Below, in pieces: positions 48,028 to 58,071 of a DNA stretch of 64,000 nucleotides. The stretch is from Minisyncoccota bacterium (GTDB taxonomy: Bacteria; Patescibacteriota; Minisyncoccia; Phycocordibacterales; JAACPR01), in contig JBAYWG010000002.1 of the NCBI GenBank assembly GCA_041674225.1, positions 34,841 through 98,840 on the forward strand. Direction: 5' to 3'. The notes beneath the pieces were generated by a model. It had not been told where the DNA came from, did no database searches, and saw only the letters and a list, made by a program, of their open reading frames with translations. How positions within the stretch are numbered: position 1 is the stretch's first letter; each line of letters opens with the position of its first letter. Both the position numbers and the translations under genes were made by a program.

Positions 48028-49284
48028 ATGAGACAATCAAAACTTTTTACAAAGACTAGAAAAGAATCACCAAAAGATGAAGTATCAAAAAATGCAGATT
48101 TATTAATTCGTGCGGGATTTATTCATAAAGAAATGGCTGGAGTGTATTCTCTTCTTCCTCTTGGTTTGAAGACGATGAATAAAATTGAAGAAATTGTGCG
48201 TGATGAAATGAATAAAATCGACGGACAAGAAGTCTCTTTGGCTGCACTACAAGAAAAAGAACTTTGGGAAAAAACAAATCGTTGGGATGATGTAGTAGTA
48301 GATAACTGGTTTAAAACAAAATTAAAAAACGAGACTGAATTAGGTTTAGCTTTTACACACGAAGAACCGATCACTCGTCTGATGAAAGATCATATTTTGT
48401 CATACAACAATTTACCTAAATATGCATATCAATTTCAAACAAAATTTAGAAATGAAACACGTGCAAAATCTGGAATATTAAGAGGAAGAGAATTCTTAAT
48501 GAAAGATTTATATTCTTTTTCTAAAGACGAAGCTCAACACAATGAATTTTATGAAAAAGCGAGTGATGCTTATAAAAATATTTTTGATCGAGTTGGTATT
48601 GGTCATTTAACATATAAGACTTTTGCATCAGGTGGAGTGTTTGCAGAATTTTCTCATGAATTTCAAACTGTTACAGATGCTGGTGAAGATTTGATTTATA
48701 TTGATGAAGAGAGTGGAATGGCAGTAAATAAAGAAGTTTTGACTGATGAAGTTTTAAATAAATTAAAATTGAGCAGAGATAAATTAGTTGAAAAGAAATC
48801 AATCGAAGTTGGAAATATTTTTAGCTTAGGAACAAAATTTTCTGAACCTTTGGAATTAATTTTCACAGATGAAAAGGGAAATCGTGTGCCAGTTATCATG
48901 GGATGTTACGGAATTGGTATTGGAAGATTGATGGGAACTGTTGTAGAAGTTTTATCTGACGACAAAGGGATTGTGTGGCCAAAAAGTGTGAGTCCTTTTG
49001 ATTTGCATTTGATTTGTTTAAATACTGATAATGCAGAAGTACTCGATGAAGCCAATAAAATTTATGAAAGCCTAAATAAAAATGGATTTTCTGTTTTGTT
49101 TGATGATAGAGACAAACAAGCTGGAGAAAAATTTGCCGATAGTGACCTAATTGGTATTCCAACAAGAATTATTGTGAGCAAAAAGACTTTAGTTTCAGGC
49201 GCGCACGAAGTAGTAGACCGATCTAGTCAAGAGGTGTCAGAATTCTCAACATCTGCTATTGTAAGTGGTGCGTTTTTAAAATAG
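48028..49284 (+). CDS. proS: Proline--tRNA ligase (short form lacking the INS editing domain)
   Basis: LL.RAGFI, THEE, Q.KFR.E.R...G.LRGREF.MKD.YSF, GCYGIG..R. Confidence 0.95.
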   Translation: MRQSKLFTKTRKESPKDEVSKNADLLIRAGFIHKEMAGVYSLLPLGLKTMNKIEEIVRDEMNKIDGQEVSLAALQEKELWEKTNRWDDVVVDNWFKTKLKNETELGLAFTHEEPITRLMKDHILSYNNLPKYAYQFQTKFRNETRAKSGILRGREFLMKDLYSFSKDEAQHNEFYEKASDAYKNIFDRVGIGHLTYKTFASGGVFAEFSHEFQTVTDAGEDLIYIDEESGMAVNKEVLTDEVLNKLKLSRDKLVEKKSIEVGNIFSLGTKFSEPLELIFTDEKGNRVPVIMGCYGIGIGRLMGTVVEVLSDDKGIVWPKSVSPFDLHLICLNTDNAEVLDEANKIYESLNKNGFSVLFDDRDKQAGEKFADSDLIGIPTRIIVSKKTLVSGAHEVVDRSSQEVSEFSTSAIVSGAFLK

Positions 49285-49298
49285 CGTTCTACTAAAAT

Positions 49299-50390
49299 AT
49301 GGTAAATGAAAAGAAAGAAAAATGGAGCTTTAAAGGCCTTTTGGATAAAATCTGGCGCTCTCTTTCTAATGATATTGGTATCGATTTAGGTACCGCAAAT
49401 ACTCTTGTTTATGTTCCTGGGAAAGGTGTGGTTTTGAATGAACCTTCTGTTGTGGCTGTTAACACAAAGACTGGTCAAGTGGTAGCGGTGGGATCTGAAG
49501 CAAAAAGAATGCTAGGACGGACACCTGGTCACGTTCAAGCGATACGTCCACTTGTTGACGGAGTTATTTCTGATTTCGAAGTGACAGAAGAAATGATTAG
49601 TTACTTGGTGAAGCGAGCTATTAAAGAACATAAAACTATTTTAGGTCCGAGAGTTGTTGTGGGTGTGCCTTCTGGTGTGACAAACGTGGAGTCTCGAGCT
49701 GTGAGAGATGCAGTAATAAATGCGGGAGCAAGAAAAGTTTATATTGTAGAAGAACCAACTGCAGCTGCGATTGGAATTCGTCTTCCGATAAATGAACCAG
49801 TTGGAAATATGGTGATTGATATTGGAGGAGGTACTTCTGATATTGCTGTAATTTCTTTGGGAGGAATTGTTCGTTCAAAAAATTTAAAGATTGCCGGAGA
49901 TAAATTAAATAATGATATTTCCTCATATATTCGAAGTGAATTTAAAATTTTAATTGGTGAAAGAACTGCTGAAGAAATAAAAATTCAACTAAGCAATATG
50001 GTGCAAGGCGAACAACCTTTGGAAGCTCCTATTAGAGGAAGAGATCTTGTTACAGGATTACCAAGAGAAGTTATTATCACCGACTCTGATATACGAGAAG
50101 CTATTGCGCATTCAATTGGCGCATTGGTAGAAGCTACAAAAGAAGTTTTGGAATCAACTCCACCAGAAATTGTTGCGGATATTATGAAGAGAGGAATTTT
50201 TCTTGTGGGAGGTGGAGCACTAATAAAAGGTCTAGATGTGTTGCTTGAATCAGAATTGCAGATTCCTGTGTATGTAGCACAAGAACCACTAACCGCAGTT
50301 GCGCGAGGTACTGGTGTGATTTTAGAAAACCTAGAAGAGTATAAAGAGGCTATAATGGTAGATGATGATGCATTACCGAAAGAAAAATAA
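49299..50390 (+). CDS. mreB: Rod shape-determining protein MreB
   Basis: GIDLGTANT, DIGGGT.D, GGGA; followed by mreC and mrdA. Confidence 0.95.
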   Translation: MVNEKKEKWSFKGLLDKIWRSLSNDIGIDLGTANTLVYVPGKGVVLNEPSVVAVNTKTGQVVAVGSEAKRMLGRTPGHVQAIRPLVDGVISDFEVTEEMISYLVKRAIKEHKTILGPRVVVGVPSGVTNVESRAVRDAVINAGARKVYIVEEPTAAAIGIRLPINEPVGNMVIDIGGGTSDIAVISLGGIVRSKNLKIAGDKLNNDISSYIRSEFKILIGERTAEEIKIQLSNMVQGEQPLEAPIRGRDLVTGLPREVIITDSDIREAIAHSIGALVEATKEVLESTPPEIVADIMKRGIFLVGGGALIKGLDVLLESELQIPVYVAQEPLTAVARGTGVILENLEEYKEAIMVDDDALPKEK

Positions 50391-51138
50391 AAAATCATAT
50401 TTACTTTTCTTTGTCGCTGTTATTGTAATTTTTTTATTGGGATTTTTGAGTATAAAGTGGCCACAAGCTATTGCAAGAACAATTTCAAATCCTATTTACA
50501 CGGTAAAAAATTTAGTTTCAAAACCTTTTGTTGCGTTAGGAACTTCTTTTCAAGACAAAAAGGAATTAGAAGAAAAGATTTTTACATTAGAAGAAGAATT
50601 AACAAAATTAAAAATTTCTCTCATTGCACAAAATTTTGTAAATTCTCAAATTGAAGATTACAATTTGGAATTAGAAAAAAATTCTGGTGGTGCGATTTCA
50701 AAAGTTTTAAATCGTCCTCCTTTTTCTCCGTACGACACACTGCTTATCTTGAAAGGAGAAAATCAAATTGAAGTTGGAGATTTAGTTTTTATTTATGGTC
50801 TTTATATTGGAGACATTGTAAGTGTTGATACTTATACTGCAAATGTGAAGCTGCGTTCTTCATCTGGAGAAAAGACATTAGTGCGACTGGCAGATATTGA
50901 AATCGAAGCCGAAGGAAAAGGGGGTGGACAATTTATCATTAAGATTCCTAAAGATTTGGAATTAAGTATTGGAGATGCTGTAATGGTTCCTGGATTGAAT
51001 TATGCTTTGATCGGTTCTGTTGGGCAGATTAAAGAAGATCCTATTGCAACCTTTAAAACTGTTTATTTCTCAATTCCTGTGGCGTTTCAAAACATGAATT
51101 TTGTATCAGTGGTTAAAAAATACAGTGTGTTAGAATAG
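50362..51138 (+). CDS. mreC: Rod shape-determining protein MreC
   Basis: TM, coiled coil and beta domain; position after mreB. Confidence 0.85.
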   Translation: MMMHYRKKNKKSYLLFFVAVIVIFLLGFLSIKWPQAIARTISNPIYTVKNLVSKPFVALGTSFQDKKELEEKIFTLEEELTKLKISLIAQNFVNSQIEDYNLELEKNSGGAISKVLNRPPFSPYDTLLILKGENQIEVGDLVFIYGLYIGDIVSVDTYTANVKLRSSSGEKTLVRLADIEIEAEGKGGGQFIIKIPKDLELSIGDAVMVPGLNYALIGSVGQIKEDPIATFKTVYFSIPVAFQNMNFVSVVKKYSVLE

Positions 51139-51145
51139 TGTCACT

Positions 51146-51403
51146 ATGTTTTGGAGGGTTATTTCAGTTATATTTTTAATTATTTGCATATTCACATTAC
51201 CGTGGTGGATAAATATTATATTTATGGTGTGTGCGGCTTTTTATTTTAAAAGTTTTTATGAAGTAGTTGGACTGGGATTGTTGATGGATTCTATTTTTGG
51301 AAGTGTCGCAATCTTTGATAATTTTTCTTATTTTTTTACATTAGTATTTTTAGTTTCAGTTTTCTTGATTAATAAGGTTAGAGAAAAATTAATCATGTAT
51401 TAA
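51146..51403 (+). CDS. Small membrane protein in the mreD position
   Basis: Hydrophobic 85 aa with GLL.D...G; between mreC and mrdA. Confidence 0.6.
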   Translation: MFWRVISVIFLIICIFTLPWWINIIFMVCAAFYFKSFYEVVGLGLLMDSIFGSVAIFDNFSYFFTLVFLVSVFLINKVREKLIMY

Positions 51404-51408
51404 ATAAT

Positions 51409-53112
51409 ATGTTTCAAAAAAGAATTAACAAATTCAAACAAAAAAGATATTCAGCCAAAGACATTGCATTGGACGAAGTTTTTTTGGATTCTCACAACTT
51501 ACCAGATTATGATACAAATCAATTAGAAGGTCGTATTGAAAAACCAATTTCAAAAAAAGTTGTTAGTGTGATTTTTTTAGTTTTTATATTTATTTTTCTT
51601 TCTTTTCTTTTTAAAATTTGGAATTTGCAGATTGTGAATGGGCAAAGTTTTGCAAAAATTAGTGAAGAAAACAGTTTGAGACATACTTTGATTTTCTCTG
51701 ATCGTGGAATTGTTTATGACAGAAATCATGTGCCTTTGATTTGGAACGAAAATACAGATGAGGATATAGATTTTAGTTTTAGAAAATATATCGATAAACC
51801 AGGCTTTGCTAACTTGTTGGGTTATGTTAAATATCCTAAAAAAGATTCATCAGGGTTTTATTACACAGAATCTTTTGAAGCTCTCGGAGGTGTGGAACAA
51901 TATTTTGATGAAATAATTTCTGGAAAAAATGGATTGAAGATTATTGAAACAAACGCAACAATGAACGTGGTGGGAGATAATACAATCCAAGATCCTGTTT
52001 CTGGACAAACACTTTCTTTAAGTATTGATGCTGAACTACAATCAAAGCTTTATTCAACAATTGCAGATATTGCAAATCAAGTAGGATTCAAGGGTGGATC
52101 TGGTGTGATCATGGATGTGAACACAGGAGAAGTTTTGGCAGTGACATCGTATCCAGAATTTGATTCAAATGTTTTAACTGAAGGGTCAGACAAAGAAAAA
52201 ATAAATTCATTTCTTAATGATTCAAATAATCGTTTTCTAAATCGCGCGACAAAAGGTTTGTATACTCCTGGATCGATTATGAAACCATTCGTTGCACTTG
52301 GAGCTTTGAATGAAGGAGTAATCTCTCCTGAAAAAGAAATTTTGAGTGTAAAAAATATGGAAGTGCCAAACCCATACGATCCCTCGAACCCATCTATTTT
52401 TACGGACTGGAAAGCTCATGGGTACGTAAATGTTTATGGTGCGTTGGCATATTCTTCAAACGTTTATTTTTATCAAGTGTCTGGTGGATACACTCCAACA
52501 GGACAAAAGGGAATTGGAATCACAAAACTAGAGGAATATTTTAGAGCGTTCGGTTTTGGTGATGATATTAATGATGAGTTTTTGGGAGGAAAGTCTGGAA
52601 CAATTCCAAATCCAAAATGGAAGATAGAAAATTTTGATGGAGATGATTGGCGACTCGGTGATACTTATTTCACAGCAATTGGACAATACGGAGTGCAGGT
52701 GACGCCGATGCAAATTGCGCGAGCTGTATCTGCGATTGCAAACGGAGGAAAATTAATTGAACCAACTGTGAAGCTTGACGATTCTGTAACTATTTTAAAA
52801 AACATAGATAACATTTCACCTCAGAATTTTGACATTATTCAAAAAGGAATGAGAGATGCTGTGGTGTATGGAACAGCAAGAGGTCTTAATTTGAGTAATG
52901 TGGAGATAGCTGCAAAGACTGGTACGGCTGAGCTCGGTGTTTCTAAGGAGAGTGTGAACTCTTCGGTTGTCGGATTCTTTCCTTATCAGGAGCCAAAATA
53001 CGCTTTTGTGGTGATGCTGGAGCAAGGAAGCAGAAGTAATCTAATCGGAGGAGTTGCTGTCATGAGACAGGTTTTAGACTGGATAAACATATATAGACCC
53101 GAATATTTCTAA
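51409..53112 (+). CDS. mrdA: Penicillin-binding protein 2
   Basis: RG..YDR, PGS.MK (SxxK), SSN, KTGTAE. Confidence 0.92.
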   Translation: MFQKRINKFKQKRYSAKDIALDEVFLDSHNLPDYDTNQLEGRIEKPISKKVVSVIFLVFIFIFLSFLFKIWNLQIVNGQSFAKISEENSLRHTLIFSDRGIVYDRNHVPLIWNENTDEDIDFSFRKYIDKPGFANLLGYVKYPKKDSSGFYYTESFEALGGVEQYFDEIISGKNGLKIIETNATMNVVGDNTIQDPVSGQTLSLSIDAELQSKLYSTIADIANQVGFKGGSGVIMDVNTGEVLAVTSYPEFDSNVLTEGSDKEKINSFLNDSNNRFLNRATKGLYTPGSIMKPFVALGALNEGVISPEKEILSVKNMEVPNPYDPSNPSIFTDWKAHGYVNVYGALAYSSNVYFYQVSGGYTPTGQKGIGITKLEEYFRAFGFGDDINDEFLGGKSGTIPNPKWKIENFDGDDWRLGDTYFTAIGQYGVQVTPMQIARAVSAIANGGKLIEPTVKLDDSVTILKNIDNISPQNFDIIQKGMRDAVVYGTARGLNLSNVEIAAKTGTAELGVSKESVNSSVVGFFPYQEPKYAFVVMLEQGSRSNLIGGVAVMRQVLDWINIYRPEYF

Positions 53113-53189
53113 TGTTGTTAAGTTGATTGACTTTATCTCAAAAAAGGTTATAAATATGTCTTATTTTAATGATAAAGTCCTAATAGATT

Positions 53190-53654
53190 ATGCCAAATAA
53201 GCAATATTTAACTCAAGACAAATATACTGAACTGCAAGAAGAATTGCGGGTTTTAATTCATGAAAAGCGAAGAGAAGTCGCTGAACACCTTGAATATGCT
53301 AAATCTATGGGTGATTTATCTGAAAACGCTGAATATCAAGAAGCTCGAGACGAACAAGCTAAAGTAGAGGCTAGAATCTCTCAAATAGAAGAATTGCTAA
53401 AACACGCTCAAATTTTGCAACACAAGAAAAGTGATGTTGTTGAAGCCGGTTCAAAAGTGGTGATCCAAAAGGGTGGAGACAAAGAAAAGAAAGAGTTTAT
53501 TCTAGTTGGATCTGAAGAAGCAGATATGGCAGAAGGTAAACTTTCATACGATTCACCATTAGGAGAAGCTTTGCTTGGAAAAAAGAAAGGTGATGCTGTC
53601 TCAATTGATACTCCAAAAGGAAGTGTAGAATACAAGATTATTTCTGTAGAGTAG
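53190..53654 (+). CDS. greA: Transcription elongation factor GreA
   Basis: GDLSENAEY..A...Q, SPLG.ALLGK..GD. Confidence 0.97.
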   Translation: MPNKQYLTQDKYTELQEELRVLIHEKRREVAEHLEYAKSMGDLSENAEYQEARDEQAKVEARISQIEELLKHAQILQHKKSDVVEAGSKVVIQKGGDKEKKEFILVGSEEADMAEGKLSYDSPLGEALLGKKKGDAVSIDTPKGSVEYKIISVE

Positions 53655-53670
53655 AGTATAATTTTTGATT

Positions 53671-55152
53671 ATGACTTCAATAGAAGATTTAAAAAAAGTT
53701 AGAGAAGATAAAATAAATATTTTAAAAGAAAACGGAATCGACGCTTATCCAAGTATTACAAACCGCACACACGAGCTTAAAGAAGTTTTAGAAAAGTTTG
53801 ATGATCTTGAAAAAGATGCGAGGGAAATTCGTGTTGCTGGAAGAATAATGTCTCTACGTGGACAAGGAAAAATTTTCTTTTCAGATATTTATGACGGAAC
53901 TGAAAAATTTCAGATTGTAATTCGTATTGATAATAATCCTATTTATACTGGAATTGAAAATTCAAATGGTATTTCACTTTTTGAAAAAACTGCGGACATT
54001 GGAGATTTTATTGAAGTGGGTGGAAATGTTTTTGTTACAAAGTCAGGGCAAAAAAGTGTTGATGTAAAAGATTGGAGAATTCTTACAAAATCTATTGCAC
54101 CGATTCCGGATACTTTTTATGGTTTGAAAGATGAAGACGAAAGATATCGAAAGCGATATTTGGATTTACTTTTGGATACAGAAAGAAAAAATTTGTTTTA
54201 TAAAAAAGCATCATTCTGGAATGTTGCTCAAAGTTTTTTCTTAAAGAATAATTTTCTTCCTGTAGAGACTCCGACTTTAGAAATCACAACAGGAGGTGCA
54301 GAAGCAAGGCCATTTAAAACTCATCATAATGATTTTGATATGGATGTGTTTTTAAGAATCTCAGTTGGTGAGCTGTGGCAAAAGAGATTGATGGCAGCTG
54401 GTTTTCCTAAAACTTTTGAAATTGGAAGAGTATTTAGAAATGAAGGATCAAGTGCTGAGCATCTACAAGAATTCACAAACTTGGAGTGTTACGCTGCTTT
54501 CATGAATTTAGATGAAGGAAGAGAATTGGTTAAAGAACTTTATCAAACATTAGGAAAAGAAGTTTTTGGTACAACTAAATTTACAGTTGGAAATCATGAA
54601 TTTGATTTAGCTGATGAATGGACTGAGATTGATTATGTTTCTCATATTAAAGAAAAGACGGGAATTGATGTTTTGAATTCTAGTGAAGAAGAGATGATGA
54701 GTAAGTTGAATGAATTGGGAGTGAAGTTTGAAGGAAAAAATAAAGAGAGAATGACAGATTCACTTTGGAAATATTGTCGAAAGGCGATTGCTGGTCCTGC
54801 ATTTTTGATTAATCATCCAAAAATTGTTGCACCACTTTCAAAATCTTTACAGGGAGATGATTTTAGAACAGAAATGTTCCAAGTTATTTTAGCTGGAAGT
54901 GAAGTGGGGAGAGCTCATGCAGAGTTGAATGATCCTATTGAACAACACAATCGTTTAAATACTCAACAAGATTTAATTAAGAGTGGAGACGAAGAGGCGA
55001 TGATGAAAGACGATGAGTTTGTGGAGATGTTAGAACACGGAATGCCTCCGACTTTTGGGTTCGGTTTTGGGGAAAGACTTTTTGCGTTTATGGCGGGGAC
55101 TTCTGTGAGAGAAGCGCAGTTGTTTCCTTTGATGAAGCCTAGAGATAATTAA
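53671..55152 (+). CDS. lysS: Lysine--tRNA ligase (class II)
   Basis: RYRKRYLDL, GGAEARPF.TH, FRNEG, ELNDP, GMPP..G.G.G.R. Confidence 0.96.
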   Translation: MTSIEDLKKVREDKINILKENGIDAYPSITNRTHELKEVLEKFDDLEKDAREIRVAGRIMSLRGQGKIFFSDIYDGTEKFQIVIRIDNNPIYTGIENSNGISLFEKTADIGDFIEVGGNVFVTKSGQKSVDVKDWRILTKSIAPIPDTFYGLKDEDERYRKRYLDLLLDTERKNLFYKKASFWNVAQSFFLKNNFLPVETPTLEITTGGAEARPFKTHHNDFDMDVFLRISVGELWQKRLMAAGFPKTFEIGRVFRNEGSSAEHLQEFTNLECYAAFMNLDEGRELVKELYQTLGKEVFGTTKFTVGNHEFDLADEWTEIDYVSHIKEKTGIDVLNSSEEEMMSKLNELGVKFEGKNKERMTDSLWKYCRKAIAGPAFLINHPKIVAPLSKSLQGDDFRTEMFQVILAGSEVGRAHAELNDPIEQHNRLNTQQDLIKSGDEEAMMKDDEFVEMLEHGMPPTFGFGFGERLFAFMAGTSVREAQLFPLMKPRDN

Positions 55153-55207
55153 AGAAAATAAAAACCACCTCCTACAAAAAGTAACGAGGTGGTGTGTTTC
55201 CGTTCAA

Positions 55208-55705
55208 TCACTCACTGCAATTGAATAAAAAGAAGAGGCTCTGTTTTGAATATTTTCCATCAGCGACGAATTTTACCTTTTCGAATTCGAAAAAGGGAAC
55301 TTCGCTGGTGCCTTTGTAGATTTTGGTTAGTTGTTCTTCTTGTGGATTATCTTGATCAGGATCAAAAGAGTAAATATCTTTTCCTGCTGGTATTTCTTTG
55401 AATAATTGGGTCAAGCATAGTGCTGCACCTAATTGACCAAGCATTAAATGATCTTGAGAATATAAAAACTCGAATCTTTCTTGAGTTGTGGTTTCATCAA
55501 TCATTTGACTTACGATGGTCACATCTATTTTACTTCCAGGTTCGGGTAGCTCGATTACACTTGATGAGGTGTAAAAATAGGTCCTGTGTCGGTTGTTTAC
55601 AACAAACTCCAGAAACCACTGAGTCCATGAAAAATCTTCTGGTATTTCAAGAACTCCAATTTTGTTCAAATTAAAGTTGCCGATAGTCTTTTGATCATGC
55701 ATCAT
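55208..55705 (-). CDS. Orphan protein
   Basis: 165 aa; TTGACT at 55762-55767; hairpin ACCACCTC...GAGGTGGT at ~55164-55193. Confidence 0.55.
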   Translation of the reverse strand: MMHDQKTIGNFNLNKIGVLEIPEDFSWTQWFLEFVVNNRHRTYFYTSSSVIELPEPGSKIDVTIVSQMIDETTTQERFEFLYSQDHLMLGQLGAALCLTQLFKEIPAGKDIYSFDPDQDNPQEEQLTKIYKGTSEVPFFEFEKVKFVADGKYSKQSLFFLFNCSE

Positions 55706-55806
55706 TTTTATTTTTCTTTGTTCAGGTTCTTTAATTGCAAATTACATTTAAAATATATTTTAGTCAAATAAAAATCCCTCGCTAATAAAAGCAAGGGAAG
55801 TTTGAG

Positions 55807-56184
55807 TTATAGAAAACCTAGTAGAATTTTGAGACACAATATATGCAGTATTTGGTCCATTACTACATAAATCACAGCTCCAAAACTTTTTTGTAAAGGA
55901 TCTATGGAGTAAAACAAATTATCTCTCCCGATAAATTTCATCCACTTTGCAGCGAGTGAATATCTATCAATAATCCAGTGAGGAAAGAATATTCCAGCAA
56001 TGAAAAGCATTGAGAAATTACTGGTCCCAACACTAATGATTGTGGTGTAAACGATGACATGAATTGTGCACCATTTGAAACCAGATTTTGTTGGTAAATA
56101 TTTTTGCTCAGACATTTCTCTAGTTTGAAAGAAGAAGTCTGCAATAAAATGCCAAAGTACTAAGTGGATAAACGCATCATTCAT
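55807..56184 (-). CDS. DUF3307 family membrane protein
   Basis: HFIADFFFQ...K...H...Y...HWIIDR...DQILH. Confidence 0.85.
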   Translation of the reverse strand: MNDAFIHLVLWHFIADFFFQTREMSEQKYLPTKSGFKWCTIHVIVYTTIISVGTSNFSMLFIAGIFFPHWIIDRYSLAAKWMKFIGRDNLFYSIDPLQKSFGAVIYVVMDQILHILCLKILLGFL

Positions 56185-56274
56185 TTTTGTTGGGGTTGAG
56201 TTTTTCTATTAGTAAACTACTTTTTTGCACCAATTTAGTCAAGGAAAGATTTTTATGGGTTGTAATACTGAAAA

Positions 56275-56342
56275 TGTGGATAAAACATTGCACTAAATGG
56301 GTAATAGTGGGGTACAATAGTAATCAAGTGGGATGATGTGGG
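56275..56342 (+). promoter_or_regulatory. mraZ upstream region: DnaA box plus MraZ-type TGGG repeats
   Basis: TGTGGATAA at 56275-56283; (A/G)TGGG at 56297, 56307, 56328 and 56338 (10-bp-spaced pairs). Confidence 0.7.
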
Positions 56343-56389
56343 AAATCGCAAGTTAACCTCAAAATACCGCTTAAAATAAAGATAAAATC

Positions 56390-56824
56390 ATGCTGATTGG
56401 CGAATTCAAACATACACTGGATGACAAAAACAGAGTTTCGCTTCCTTCGAAATTTCGCAAGGAGGTTGGAAAAAAAATAATTGTCACTCATGGTTTGGAT
56501 AACTGTTTGTTCCTTTACACTTTGAAAGATTGGGAAAAAATTGCAGAACAATTTAGTTCTTTGAGTGTTGGTCAAGCTGAAACAAGAGCCTTCAACCGTT
56601 ATATGTTGGGAAGTGCTTCTGAAGTTTTGGTTGATTCAGCTGGAAGAATTTTGATCCCAGAAAATCTAAAAGAAGTTGTTGGTTTAAAAAACAAAGTTGT
56701 ATTCGCTGGTTTGTATAATCGAATCGAAATTTGGCAGGAAGAAGAATGGGATAAATATAAAGCTCAAGTAGTGAAGAATGCCGATCAAATGGCTGAAAAG
56801 CTTGGACAGATCGGGGCAATCTAA
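56390..56824 (+). CDS. mraZ: Division/cell wall cluster repressor MraZ
   Basis: GEF.H.LD.KNR.SLPSKFR, D.AGRILIP, RIEIW. Confidence 0.97.
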   Translation: MLIGEFKHTLDDKNRVSLPSKFRKEVGKKIIVTHGLDNCLFLYTLKDWEKIAEQFSSLSVGQAETRAFNRYMLGSASEVLVDSAGRILIPENLKEVVGLKNKVVFAGLYNRIEIWQEEEWDKYKAQVVKNADQMAEKLGQIGAI

Positions 56825-56828
56825 TCTT

Positions 56829-57719
56829 ATGAGACACATAACAGTTCTTTTAAAAGAAACAGTAGATGGTCTTTCACCTAAATCCGGAGGCATTTATGTC
56901 GATGGGACTTTGGGAGGAGGTGGTCATACTGAACAAATTTGTAAAGTGGCTCCAGGTAGCACAATCATTGGAATCGATGCCGACTCTGAAGCAATTGAAA
57001 GATCAAAAGCTCGATTGGCAGGGTTTCCTTGCAAGCTTATAACTTCATTAAATTTCAACGACAAGATTGATGAAATTTTAAATGAAAATGAAATTGAAGA
57101 AGTTGATGGAGTTTTGCTTGATTTAGGAATGAGTTCAGATCAATTGGATCGTTCAGGAAGAGGGTTTTCATTTCTAAGAGATGAACCTTTGAAAATGACA
57201 ATGCAATCTGAAGTTTCTAAAGATGATTTAGATGCTTATAAAATTGTGAATCATTTTAATGAAGAACAATTGGCAACAATTATTTATGGATACGGAGAAG
57301 AAACTTATTCAAGAAGAATTGCAAAAGGAATTGTGGAAGCAAGAGAAATTTCTGAAATTAAAACAACAGGACAACTTGCAGACATAATAAAAAAGTCAGT
57401 TCCTTTTAAATATCGAATTGGAAAAACTCATCCAGCTACAAAAACTTTTCAAGCTTTACGAATTTCAGTTAATGACGAACTAGAAAGATTAGAAACTACT
57501 TTAGAAAAATCTTTTAACAGATTAAAAAAGGGTGGGAGATTGTCGGTGATTAGTTTCCATAGTTTGGAAGACAGAATTGTAAAAAGATTTGCAAAAGCAA
57601 AATACGATGAAGGTCTTGCAAATTTAATTACAAAAAAGCCAACAATCCCAACTCCAGAAGAAACAAAAGAAAATCCACGAGCAAGAAGTGCAAAATTAAG
57701 AATCATTGAAAAAAAATAA
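56829..57719 (+). CDS. rsmH: 16S rRNA m4C1402 methyltransferase
   Basis: H..VLL.E, D.TLGGGGH, DLG.SS.QLD...RGFSF, SFHSLEDR, NPRARSAKLR. Confidence 0.97.
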   Translation: MRHITVLLKETVDGLSPKSGGIYVDGTLGGGGHTEQICKVAPGSTIIGIDADSEAIERSKARLAGFPCKLITSLNFNDKIDEILNENEIEEVDGVLLDLGMSSDQLDRSGRGFSFLRDEPLKMTMQSEVSKDDLDAYKIVNHFNEEQLATIIYGYGEETYSRRIAKGIVEAREISEIKTTGQLADIIKKSVPFKYRIGKTHPATKTFQALRISVNDELERLETTLEKSFNRLKKGGRLSVISFHSLEDRIVKRFAKAKYDEGLANLITKKPTIPTPEETKENPRARSAKLRIIEKK

Positions 57720-57732
57720 CTTTAAAAATATT

Positions 57733-58071
57733 ATGAATTACAGAAATCAAACAAGAGCAAAAGCAAAAACTAACGTATTTCTTTCCCAAAATACTATATT
57801 TTGGACACTGTTAGCTTCAATTGCTTTCTTTGCTTTGTTTTATGTATATCTTATAAATGCGACTGTGATGAATACTGCCCAACTTGGAAAAATAGAAGAG
57901 CTTGTCGTAGACACTCGATCAGAAATCAGTCAGTTGGAATTTAAATTAATCGAAGAAAATAAAAACTTTACAAAAGAGTATGCATCTCGAATTGGTTTGG
58001 TGGATGTAGAAGAACCAGTTTTTGTAGCAAGAAATTCAAATTCTGGACTATCTCTTAATGAGCAAAGATAA
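57733..58071 (+). CDS. FtsL-like cell division protein
   Basis: Single TM plus coiled coil between rsmH and ftsI. Confidence 0.6.
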   Translation: MNYRNQTRAKAKTNVFLSQNTIFWTLLASIAFFALFYVYLINATVMNTAQLGKIEELVVDTRSEISQLEFKLIEENKNFTKEYASRIGLVDVEEPVFVARNSNSGLSLNEQR

